A DNA stretch of 64,000 nucleotides from an uncultured virus (IMG/VR IMGVR_UViG_3300043435_001124) (lineage: Duplodnaviria; Heunggongvirae; Uroviricota; Caudoviricetes). The notes under the pieces are model-generated. The model was not told the origin of the DNA, ran no database searches, and saw nothing but the letters and a program-made list of their open reading frames with translations. Shown here piece after piece: positions 19,834 to 27,223 of this stretch. Within the stretch, counting starts at the first letter, position 1, and every line of letters begins with the position of its first letter. The position numbers were made by a program, and so were the translations under genes. The stretch lies in the IMG/VR virus record IMGVR_UViG_3300043435_001124; one strand, given 5' to 3'.

Positions 19834-19858
19834 GAGGGTCTTTATGACCCTCTTTTTT
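19834..19858 (+). terminator. Terminator between convergent genes
   Basis: GAGGGTC...GACCCTC stem followed by a T-run. Confidence 0.7.
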
Positions 19859-20282
19859 ATTCTATTAATAAACTTTTTTCAACAATACTATAAAGGTTTC
19901 CAACTTCACTACTAAAAAATTTACCTTCCACATTCGTATTGTAGTAATCTTCTCTTAAGATTACATCTCTTTTAAATTGTTCCATAGTCTCGTAAAAACT
20001 CATAGATTTCTTATGAGGGCAAAGATATAATATTTCTCTTAAGAACTTATCTTCTCCTAATACTTTTACATCTGAGATTAATTCATCGCAAGATCCGTAA
20101 TATGTTTGCCATTCACTTTCTTTGGTTTTTCTTCTTCCTGTTTTACGATCTTTTTGGCGAGTCCAGAAGTGTTTTTTGCCAATATATTTCTTATTGTTCA
20201 CCAGATTTGTAATTAGATATACAAACCCTTCCATACCTTTAGGAACTTCTACAAAATCTATATTATTGTACTTCCAAGTCAT
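19857..20282 (-). CDS. Short GIY-YIG domain protein
   Basis: GFVYLITNLVNNKKYIGKK...YYGS...E...YYN. Confidence 0.75.
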   Translation of the reverse strand: MTWKYNNIDFVEVPKGMEGFVYLITNLVNNKKYIGKKHFWTRQKDRKTGRRKTKESEWQTYYGSCDELISDVKVLGEDKFLREILYLCPHKKSMSFYETMEQFKRDVILREDYYNTNVEGKFFSSEVGNLYSIVEKSLLIE

Positions 20283-20357
20283 TCTATAAGCATTACTAAT
20301 AAGACTATGTATGCTATGAGTTTTTGTGGTATGCTGGATATATAGTTTAAAATTCTT

Positions 20358-20714
20358 ATGAAAATTTTTAGAGCACTATCAAAACTCTATAACTACTTGA
20401 CAAAAGAAAAATCCTCAGTAGACTATGAAGAACCTCAAGTTCACAAAGAACCTGAAACCCAAATTATTGAGGAAGAAGAAATCTTGGAATCAACAATTGA
20501 AAACTGTTATGTATCTGATGTGCGCGATTGGGCTATAAAAAAGATTGAACTTCTTCACGAAGCAGATCGTCATAGAAATGCAAAAGCACTTCTTGCTGAG
20601 TTTGCCGAATGGATTAATATTCCAGAAGGTACTGAAGAACTGGATTATCTTTGTATAGAAGATAATGAGTGGACTGATGAGAAAGAAGTGGATGTGAGGA
20701 AACCGAACCCTTGA
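20358..20714 (+). CDS. Hypothetical protein
   Basis: 118-aa ORF with phage-like codon usage. Confidence 0.6.
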   Translation: MKIFRALSKLYNYLTKEKSSVDYEEPQVHKEPETQIIEEEEILESTIENCYVSDVRDWAIKKIELLHEADRHRNAKALLAEFAEWINIPEGTEELDYLCIEDNEWTDEKEVDVRKPNP

Positions 20715-20739
20715 CAAAACCTAAATAACCTCATATAAT
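20711..20739 (+). promoter_or_regulatory. Sigma70-type (early) promoter
   Basis: TTGACA-17 nt-TATAAT. Confidence 0.8.
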
Positions 20740-20776
20740 GCAAAGGAACCCACTCAAAAAGTGGGTTTTGTCATAA

Positions 20777-20865
20777 TGAGTCTGTGACGTGACACTTAGA
20801 GCCGTGGAAGATGCCCTTCGAGAGAGGTGGTATACCCCTCTTCTATACGGATGCCGAATTCTATT
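20777..20865 (+). ncRNA. Candidate structured 5' leader RNA
   Basis: GC-rich island; CCGT-GGAAGA pairs with TCTTCT-AT-ACGG and encloses a TGCC/GGTA helix capped by a GAGA tetraloop. Confidence 0.5.
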
Positions 20866-20872
20866 AAACTAA

Positions 20873-21517
20873 ATGCAACAATTTTTTACTGTATCCTTTC
20901 CCCTTCTGGCGATGGTTACAACCAGCACAGTAACACTGCCCCAAGTGTTTCCTCCTCCCCCCGTGAATGGTCCGCCACCATTCTCTATTATACGAGAGGA
21001 ACCTACACCAAAGACAGCGACCAGAGAGGTTGCTCCAGTTAAACCAAAAGAAAAAAGACTGATTTGTAAAGGATGCAATACTAATGAAACTAAGACTGTA
21101 GAATTTTTACAGGAACGTGGAATTACTGACAAAAACGCCCTAGCTACCATTATGGGTAATATCCGACAAGAGTCTACCTTCACACCTAATGTATGTGAGG
21201 GTGGTGCTAGAGTGTCTTATAGTGCTTGTAGGAGTGGTGGTTTTGGAATTATACAATGGACTAATGCTCCAAGGTATAATGGATTAGGAAATCATGCTGC
21301 CCGTACTGGTGGTGACCCATCAACTCTTGATACTCAATTGCAATATATGATGTATGAAGGTGATTGGAAGATGATTGAGAACCAAATGAAAACTCCTGGT
21401 AAGTCCATTACTGATTATATGAGACTTGCTAGAAAATGGATCCGTTGGGGACATACTGGAGCAAGAGTTGATTATGCTTATAACTATGCAAATAAGTTAG
21501 TTCTTACTGAAGTCTAA
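20873..21517 (+). CDS. Phage tail-lysozyme-like (lytic transglycosylase-fold) protein with hydrophobic N-terminus
   Basis: ALATIMGNIRQES; GFGIIQWT..RY; LDTQLQY. Confidence 0.75.
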   Translation: MQQFFTVSFPLLAMVTTSTVTLPQVFPPPPVNGPPPFSIIREEPTPKTATREVAPVKPKEKRLICKGCNTNETKTVEFLQERGITDKNALATIMGNIRQESTFTPNVCEGGARVSYSACRSGGFGIIQWTNAPRYNGLGNHAARTGGDPSTLDTQLQYMMYEGDWKMIENQMKTPGKSITDYMRLARKWIRWGHTGARVDYAYNYANKLVLTEV

Positions 21518-21569
21518 AAACACATACAATAGAATAAATATTGGGGATTGTTACATTTCCCCTTTTTTT

Positions 21570-21971
21570 ATGTTTAATTTTAATTTTGGAAAGAAGAAAC
21601 CAAGTATAAAACAATATGCAATTATAGGGATTGTATTATCTTCCACAATTGCAATACTCTCACAGTGCTCTAGCATACCTAGCAATCAACTCTGGGATTT
21701 ACTGGATGAAATACAGAGAAAATATTTTCCGCAAACTATATTGAATGAGTTTATTATTAAAGATGATAAGAAACTCGAAAGAAGAATTGTTCGGGATGTT
21801 GATAGAGCAATTGATGATTATTGGAAACAATCTGAAGAGAAACCCGTAGAAGTTCCTGCTCCAATATTTTCAGAAAAACCTATTGATGAATCCGCGTGTT
21901 ATACCAAAGAATGTAAGTCACTCGGAGGAGAAATGCGTTTATGTGCCCCCTGGGTTGATGACTGTAAGTAA
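21570..21971 (+). CDS. Membrane-anchored hypothetical protein
   Basis: N-terminal transmembrane segment; C-terminal CYTKECKSLGGEMRLCAPW. Confidence 0.65.
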   Translation: MFNFNFGKKKPSIKQYAIIGIVLSSTIAILSQCSSIPSNQLWDLLDEIQRKYFPQTILNEFIIKDDKKLERRIVRDVDRAIDDYWKQSEEKPVEVPAPIFSEKPIDESACYTKECKSLGGEMRLCAPWVDDCK

Positions 21972-22014
21972 AAAATGTTATATATAAGCATATCTTATTT
22001 TTATGGAGATTATT

Positions 22015-22209
22015 ATGTCACAAACATCACAAGAACTACTTAATGCTATTGAAGAGTGGAAAGTAGAAGACGAAAAGTTTACTGCTGGCAATAATGCCGC
22101 TGGTACTCGTGCCCGTAAGGCGCTACAAGAGGTTGGTAAACTGGTTAAGACCCGTAGAGGTGAGATTACCGAGGAGAAGAGCGCTCGTAAGGCGGCAAAG
22201 GGGGGTTGA
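22015..22209 (+). CDS. Histone H1-like (Hc1-like) small basic protein
   Basis: KFTAGNNAAGTRARKAL...R.EI motif. Confidence 0.65.
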   Translation: MSQTSQELLNAIEEWKVEDEKFTAGNNAAGTRARKALQEVGKLVKTRRGEITEEKSARKAAKGG

Positions 22210-22242
22210 CAAACCAAGAGGATCCTGGTATTCTTAGGAAGT

Positions 22243-22311
22243 GAGAGTGATGCCAAAAGCACGGCACCCCGATAAGGGATACAGTAGAAGAACGCAAAGT
22301 CTTCCACTCTC
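22243..22311 (+). ncRNA. Candidate tRNA-like (cloverleaf) small RNA
   Basis: 7-bp GAGAGTG/CACTCTC stem enclosing three hairpins; starts just after a TTGACA-17-TATTCT promoter. Confidence 0.45.
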
Positions 22312-22314
22312 TAT

Positions 22315-22387
22315 GGGTCAATAACTCAGTTGGTAGAGTAGCGGGCTTTTAACCTGTAAGTCGTGAGTTCGAGTCTCACTTGACCCA
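22315..22387 (+). tRNA. tRNA-Lys(UUU)
   Basis: Cloverleaf; anticodon arm GCGGG-CTTTTAA-CCTGT; GTTCGA T-loop. Confidence 0.93.
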
Positions 22388-22425
22388 CTTGACAATTGGA
22401 TCCAGAGATGGTATGATTGTCTTAT

Positions 22426-22498
22426 GGGCACGTAGCATAATGGATAATGCATCATCCTTCTAAGATGTCGATTGCTGGTTCGACCCCAGCCGTGCCTG
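22426..22498 (+). tRNA. tRNA-Arg(UCU)
   Basis: Anticodon loop CTTCTAA; GGTTCGAC T-arm. Confidence 0.9.
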
Positions 22499-22500
22499 TT

Positions 22501-22697
22501 GAAGTAGTCGTTATGCACATAGCATAGAAAGACGCTTCATATATAAAAGGATAGAGGTTAAGTCCCTGTTATATCCTTATGAGATATATCACACCTAATC
22601 CATCAAATCAAGAAAGTGCTGGGCAAACTTTGGAGGTTTTCTCCACTACCATTTGTGGGCTTCTGAGAACAGGAGAAATAAGGTTTGGTACTTTCTT
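22501..22697 (+). ncRNA. Large structured ncRNA between tRNAs (possibly manA-class)
   Basis: Multiple helices; AAGAAAGTGC/GTACTTTCTT closing stem; potential CCTGTT/AACAGG pseudoknot; no ORF. Confidence 0.5.
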
Positions 22698-22743
22698 CAA
22701 AACACTTGACAATCTAAGATTTATGTCTTATGATTGTCTTATT

Positions 22744-22814
22744 GCGGGTATGGTGTAGTGGCAACACAAGAGTTTTCCAAACTTTTATCCTCGGTTCAAA
22801 TCCGTGTACCCGCT
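22744..22814 (+). tRNA. tRNA-Gly(UCC)
   Basis: GCGGGTA/TACCCGC acceptor stem; anticodon loop TTTCCAA. Confidence 0.92.
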
Positions 22815-22833
22815 TGAACCATAAGGTTCCTAT

Positions 22834-22905
22834 TCCACAATAGTTCAGTGGTAGAACTCAAAACTGTTAATTTTGCTGTCCCTGGTTCGAATCCAGGTTG
22901 TGGAG
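22834..22905 (+). tRNA. tRNA-Asn(GUU)
   Basis: TCCACAA/TTGTGGA acceptor stem; CAAAA-CTGTTAA-TTTTG anticodon arm. Confidence 0.92.
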
Positions 22906-22937
22906 TTTATAAATACCCAAAGAAATATGAAAATATT

Positions 22938-23198
22938 ATGGAAAACTTACGAATTAGATGTAAATCTTGTAATAGAGAACTGGAGGGTCACCCATCAAAA
23001 ACAGTTTCTTGTGGATGTTCTAATATGGCAACTATAGTAAACAATAATAAAATTACTGCACTTAATTTGTCTAATGTGGTGATGTTAAACTCTCCACATA
23101 CAAAACAAACCAATAATGTCCTTACTAATGATGATATTATGTGGCAGGAAGCTCGAAGACAACGTAAAGTTCGCCGTTTAGACTTTGAGATTCGTTGA
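22938..23198 (+). CDS. Zinc-ribbon hypothetical protein
   Basis: CKSC...CGC; WQEARRQRKVRRLDFEIR; TATAAATA upstream; start corrected to avoid tRNA-Asn. Confidence 0.7.
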   Translation: MENLRIRCKSCNRELEGHPSKTVSCGCSNMATIVNNNKITALNLSNVVMLNSPHTKQTNNVLTNDDIMWQEARRQRKVRRLDFEIR

Positions 23199-23209
23199 TG
23201 ATTTTTATT

Positions 23210-23294
23210 GGAAAGGTGACCGAGCGGTTTATGGTGTTTGTCTTGAAAACAAAAGATGTGGAAGCATCCGGAGGTTCGAATCCTCTCCTTTCCG
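23210..23294 (+). tRNA. tRNA-Ser(UGA)
   Basis: TTTGT-CTTGAAA-ACAAA anticodon arm; long variable arm. Confidence 0.92.
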
Positions 23295-23399
23295 TTACAT
23301 AAGATACTAAAACTCATTTAATATTATAATGTCAACACATAATACTCATAGTTAGTATAATAATTATACTAAATTATTAGTATAAACGCACAAAACTCA

Positions 23400-23561
23400 A
23401 TGGACGATCACACTTACCAAAATTGGGTTAAGATCAAAGAAACTTTTGAATCATCCGGTAATACTAATAATATGTTTTACACAAGAGCGTGTGAAATAGT
23501 TAAAACTAAAAGAGATCCTATGGATAAATTTTGGAATAAAAATAAACACTTGACAAATTAA
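23400..23561 (+). CDS. Small conserved cyanophage protein (not in ORF track)
   Basis: MDDHTYQNWVKIKETFESSGNTNNMFYTRAC... Confidence 0.6.
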   Translation: MDDHTYQNWVKIKETFESSGNTNNMFYTRACEIVKTKRDPMDKFWNKNKHLTN

Positions 23562-23591
23562 AGTTTTACTGCTATTATACATAAAGAAATA

Positions 23592-23665
23592 CGGGCATTA
23601 GCGCAGTTTGGTAGCGCGTTCCGTTTGGGGCGGAAAAGTCAGAGGTTCAAATCCTCTATGCCCGA
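23592..23665 (+). tRNA. tRNA-Pro(UGG)
   Basis: CGGGCAT/ATGCCCG acceptor stem; TTCCG-TTTGGGG-CGGAA anticodon arm. Confidence 0.93.
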
Positions 23666-23721
23666 TTGCCAGAAATTAAACTGGCACACTCAAATTTAAA
23701 ACTCTTATAAATTCTATTATA

Positions 23722-23916
23722 ATGTCTACAACAATTGCTCGAGGAATGGAAAGTTTCACCGTAGAAGATTTTCAAAAACACTTTGATGAATTAATGGAAC
23801 GAGTTGAGAATGGAGAGTCTTTTCTCATTACAAGCGAATATGGAAATGCAGTAATGATACCATATTGTGAATTTGACGAAGGTAGTTCTTTTTGTAATCA
23901 CGACGATGGTTGCTGA
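23722..23916 (+). CDS. Phd/YefM antitoxin-like protein
   Basis: TVEDFQKHFDELMERVENGESFLIT...AVMIPY fits the Phd N-terminal DNA-binding pattern. Confidence 0.55.
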   Translation: MSTTIARGMESFTVEDFQKHFDELMERVENGESFLITSEYGNAVMIPYCEFDEGSSFCNHDDGC

Positions 23917-23925
23917 TCCTTTTGT

Positions 23926-23999
23926 GGGAATGTAGCTCAATTGGTTAGAGCACAGACCTTATAAGTCTGAGGTTCTGGGTTCAATCCCCAGCGTTCCTA
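23926..23999 (+). tRNA. tRNA-Ile(UAU)
   Basis: CAGAC-CTTATAA-GTCTG anticodon arm; GGGAATG/CGTTCCT acceptor stem; discriminator A. Confidence 0.88.
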
Positions 24000-24075
24000 T
24001 TGGACACTTTTTTCAGTGTTCTACTTGACTATAAAACAACAATCTAGTATAATTACAGAGTCAACTTAAAAAACA

Positions 24076-24288
24076 ATGTCTCTTACTTTAAAATTCAAAA
24101 AAGATCTTCAAACACTTCGTGCTGCAGCAAAGGGTGATTTTTATCTTGATGTAAAGAATCCGAAACTTTACAAAAAAGTCCGTAAGTTCTATCAAAATGA
24201 AGGAGTTATTTTTTCTGATGATCCTCTTGACAATTATGATATTCTAATTGATTATCTTGTTCAAGATCTTGAGACCGTTGAAGCATAG
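24076..24288 (+). CDS. Conserved cyanophage hypothetical protein
   Basis: LDVKNPKLYKKVRKFY...GV.FS.DPLDNYDIL; TTGACT...TATAAT promoter upstream. Confidence 0.7.
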   Translation: MSLTLKFKKDLQTLRAAAKGDFYLDVKNPKLYKKVRKFYQNEGVIFSDDPLDNYDILIDYLVQDLETVEA

Positions 24289-24394
24289 TAATTCTAAAGA
24301 CACGGACGGTCTATAACAGCACTGGTCGGGAGCAACCCCCTTTAGTCACGGAGAGACTCTAAAAGTACTGGTGGATCCAAAATGACCCCTCAAT

Positions 24395-24488
24395 AGGTTT
24401 CCAATTTCCTTCAAAAATTGGTGGTGCGGATGGGATCTTACTCCCGCCTGGTTTCCAATTTCCAGTTAAAGAATTGGTGGCGAGCCTG
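24395..24488 (+). ncRNA. wcaG RNA motif
   Basis: Tandem GGTTTCCAATTTCC...AATTGGTGG(T/C)G units with a GCGG..GGGA/TCCCGC helix, upstream of an NAD-dependent epimerase, which is the described wcaG context in cyanophages. Confidence 0.75.
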
Positions 24489-24498
24489 GTAAAAACCT

Positions 24499-24536
24499 AA
24501 AGGAGAGTTGCATAAACTCTCCTTTTTTAGTATAAT
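24499..24536 (+). terminator. Terminator with embedded sigma70 promoter
   Basis: AAAGGAGAGTT/AACTCTCCTTT stem with T-run; TTGCAT-17-TATAAT overlaps it. Confidence 0.7.
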
Positions 24537-24562
24537 ATATAAGAGGAGATTTAAAGCATTTT

Positions 24563-25603
24563 ATGAGTGAATATACAAAAACAGCACTAGTTCTGGGTGC
24601 TGGTGGTTTCATTGGAAGTCACATGGTTAAAAGACTACGATCAGAAGGATATTGGGTTCGTGGAGTGGATCTTAAATACCCAGAGTTCTCTAATCATCAA
24701 TGCAACGAGTTTATTATTGGAGATCTTAGAGATCCTCTCTTTGTGGAAAGAGTCATTCTGTTCAAAGGAGAATTGGGAAACTTTTATAATCATGTTCCAT
24801 CTCGTTATCTGCAGGGATTTGATGAAATCTATCAGTTTGCTGCTGATATGGGTGGAGCAGGATTTGTTTTTACTGGAGAGAATGATGCAGATATTATGCA
24901 TAATTCAGTAACGATTAATCTGAATGTTTTGGAATCAGTTCGTAAGTTTAATGACTTTAAGGATACAAATAGGACTAAAATTTTCTACTCTGGTTCTGCT
25001 TGTATGTACCCAGAGTATAACCAATTAGATCCTGATAATCCCGACTGTCGTGAAGAATCCGCATACCCCGCAGCACCAGATTCAGAATATGGATGGGAAA
25101 AACTCTTTTCTGAACGATTGTTTTTCGCATATCATCGTAACTACGGGATTGATGTTAGGGTTGCTCGCTATCATAATATCTTTGGACCTGAAGGAACCTG
25201 GGAAGGTGGGAGAGAAAAATCCCCCGCAGCAATCTGTAGAAAGGTTGCATACCTCCCAGAAACAGGTGGTGCGATAGAAGTATGGGGTGATGGTCTTCAG
25301 ACTCGTTCATTCCTTTATATTGATGAGTGTATTGAAGCAACTCGTCGTATGATGGAATCCGAATTTATTGGACCAGTAAATATTGGTTCTGAAGAAATGG
25401 TCACCATCAATCAACTTGTGGAGACTGCTGCAAAGGTCTCTGGTAAAGTAGTTCAGAAAGTATATAAATTAGATGCACCTCTTGGTGTTCGTGGTCGCAA
25501 CTCAAATAATGATCTTATCCGTAAAGAACTTGGATGGGATTATTCACAGACACTTGAAGAAGGTATTCATAAGACTTATGAGTGGATTTTAGATCAAATT
25601 TGA
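24563..25603 (+). CDS. NAD-dependent nucleotide-sugar epimerase (GDP-mannose 3',5'-epimerase-like)
   Basis: GAGGFIG; AADMGG.GF; SGSACMYP; YGWEK; YHNIFGPEGTWEGGREK. Confidence 0.92.
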   Translation: MSEYTKTALVLGAGGFIGSHMVKRLRSEGYWVRGVDLKYPEFSNHQCNEFIIGDLRDPLFVERVILFKGELGNFYNHVPSRYLQGFDEIYQFAADMGGAGFVFTGENDADIMHNSVTINLNVLESVRKFNDFKDTNRTKIFYSGSACMYPEYNQLDPDNPDCREESAYPAAPDSEYGWEKLFSERLFFAYHRNYGIDVRVARYHNIFGPEGTWEGGREKSPAAICRKVAYLPETGGAIEVWGDGLQTRSFLYIDECIEATRRMMESEFIGPVNIGSEEMVTINQLVETAAKVSGKVVQKVYKLDAPLGVRGRNSNNDLIRKELGWDYSQTLEEGIHKTYEWILDQI

Positions 25604-25654
25604 TACCTCTGCTACTGACAATTTTAATATCAAATTAATTTTTGTAAAAGTAAA

Positions 25655-26458
25655 ATGATTGGATTTAATCACTTAGGTAAGGTAGGACAACTAGGAAACC
25701 AGATGTTCCAGTATGCTGCCACCAAATCTATCGCTAGAAAGATTGGAACAGACTTTATGATTCCTGATCATAGAGAAGTTGTTGTTGATGTTCTTGGTAA
25801 TAAACTTTATGTAGAACTTTTTAAGGTATTTACCTTGGATCCAGTTAATCGAGGATACTTAAATATTAAACAGGAAGATTATCTACACGAATCCACTTTT
25901 GAATTTGATGAAAAGTTCTTTGAATTGGATCCTAATAAGGATATCTCTCTATTTGGATACTTTCAAACTGAAAAGTATTTCAAGCATATTGAGAGTGAAA
26001 TTCGTGAAGACTTTACCTTTCAAGATCAATATGTAAATGAATGTGCCGACATTTTGGATCAGTTTGACACCCCAATTGCTTTACACATTCGTAGAGGAGA
26101 CTTTCTAATTAATTCATTAAATCATGCTAATCTACCAATTGAATATTATGAGACAGCACTTCAACAGTTTGATCATAATCGTCAAGTTGTAATCTTTTCT
26201 GATGACCCATTTTGGTGTAAAAATCAATCACTTTTTACTGATGATAGATTCTTGGTCTCTGACGGGAATAGTTCATATCATGATCTTTACTTGATGTCTA
26301 AGTGCTCTGATTTTATTATTTCTAACAGCACTTTTAGTTGGTGGGGATCTTGGTTAGCAAATACTGGAAAGGTTGTTGCTCCATCTCTCTGGTTTGGACC
26401 CAATAATTCCAGTAAGAATGTAAAAGATCTTTATTGTGATGGGTGGACAATCCAATGA
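25655..26458 (+). CDS. Alpha-1,2-fucosyltransferase (GT11)
   Basis: GQLGNQMFQYA; GYFQTEKYF; HIRRGD; SNSTFSWWG. Confidence 0.9.
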   Translation: MIGFNHLGKVGQLGNQMFQYAATKSIARKIGTDFMIPDHREVVVDVLGNKLYVELFKVFTLDPVNRGYLNIKQEDYLHESTFEFDEKFFELDPNKDISLFGYFQTEKYFKHIESEIREDFTFQDQYVNECADILDQFDTPIALHIRRGDFLINSLNHANLPIEYYETALQQFDHNRQVVIFSDDPFWCKNQSLFTDDRFLVSDGNSSYHDLYLMSKCSDFIISNSTFSWWGSWLANTGKVVAPSLWFGPNNSSKNVKDLYCDGWTIQ

Positions 26459-27165
26459 AAATGTCTATTGCCATTCCTACATATGAATCTAAAAGTAGAG
26501 GTGGTGAATTTTTAAATGATTTACTTCGAACAATTGAAATACAGACATTTAAAGATTTTGAAGTAGTTATTTCTGATCATAGTATCAATAATAAATTATT
26601 AAAAGTTGTTGATCAATATGTACAAAAATTTAAAATTGTTTATGTTAAGAATGAAGAACTTAGAGGAAATGGTCCTGCAAATACAAATAATTCTATTGAA
26701 AATTGTTCAGGTAAAATTATTAAGGTAATGTTTCAGGATGACTTTTTTTATGATGATGAGGCATTAGAAAAGATTTACAATGCCTTTGAATCTGATACAA
26801 AGTGGTTGTTATGTGCTTGTAACCACACAAGAAATGATGGTAATTCTTTTTATGGTGACTTGTATCCTGCTTGGAATAATGATATACTTAATGGAGTGAA
26901 TACAATTAGTTCTCCGTCTGTCTTGGCAACAAGGCGTGAAGTTTTTGAAAAGGTTAAATTTGATCCAAATTTAGTGATGATGATGGATTGCGAATTCTAT
27001 TATCATGTTAAAGAAATTTATGGAGACCCAGTTTATTATCATGATGTGTTAGTGTCTAATAGAGTTCATAATGATCAAATATCTTCTATGTATTTAAAAG
27101 AAGATTATCAAAAAAAATTTAATAGTGAACTTTTATATTGTAAAAAAAAGCATGGAGTTAAGTAA
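26443..27165 (+). CDS. Glycosyltransferase family 2
   Basis: SIAIPTY; EVVISD.S; FQDD. Confidence 0.85.
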   Translation: MDNPMKMSIAIPTYESKSRGGEFLNDLLRTIEIQTFKDFEVVISDHSINNKLLKVVDQYVQKFKIVYVKNEELRGNGPANTNNSIENCSGKIIKVMFQDDFFYDDEALEKIYNAFESDTKWLLCACNHTRNDGNSFYGDLYPAWNNDILNGVNTISSPSVLATRREVFEKVKFDPNLVMMMDCEFYYHVKEIYGDPVYYHDVLVSNRVHNDQISSMYLKEDYQKKFNSELLYCKKKHGVK

Positions 27166-27166
27166 A

Positions 27167-27217
27167 ATGCCTAAAGTTTTGATTGTTGAATTTGGATTTG
27201 TTGGATCTGTAAAATAA
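27167..27217 (+). pseudogene. Remnant of a Rossmann-fold (nucleotide-sugar dehydrogenase-like) gene start
   Basis: MPKVLIVEFGFVGSVK*, a degenerate KVxxxGxGxVG. Confidence 0.45.
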
Positions 27218-27223
27218 TAAACC

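Noticed and set aside
22848..22937. N-terminal extension of the zinc-ribbon ORF given in the track
   Set aside because: It overlaps tRNA-Asn; the ATG at 22938 after a TATAAATA promoter is the plausible start.
21978..23317. Minus-strand ORFs across the tRNA cluster (21978-22307, 22318-22518, 22988-23317)
   Set aside because: Antisense to tRNAs and real genes.
24296..24488. Mini CRISPR array
   Set aside because: Only two copies each of two different units, with no regular unique spacers; better explained as structured RNA.
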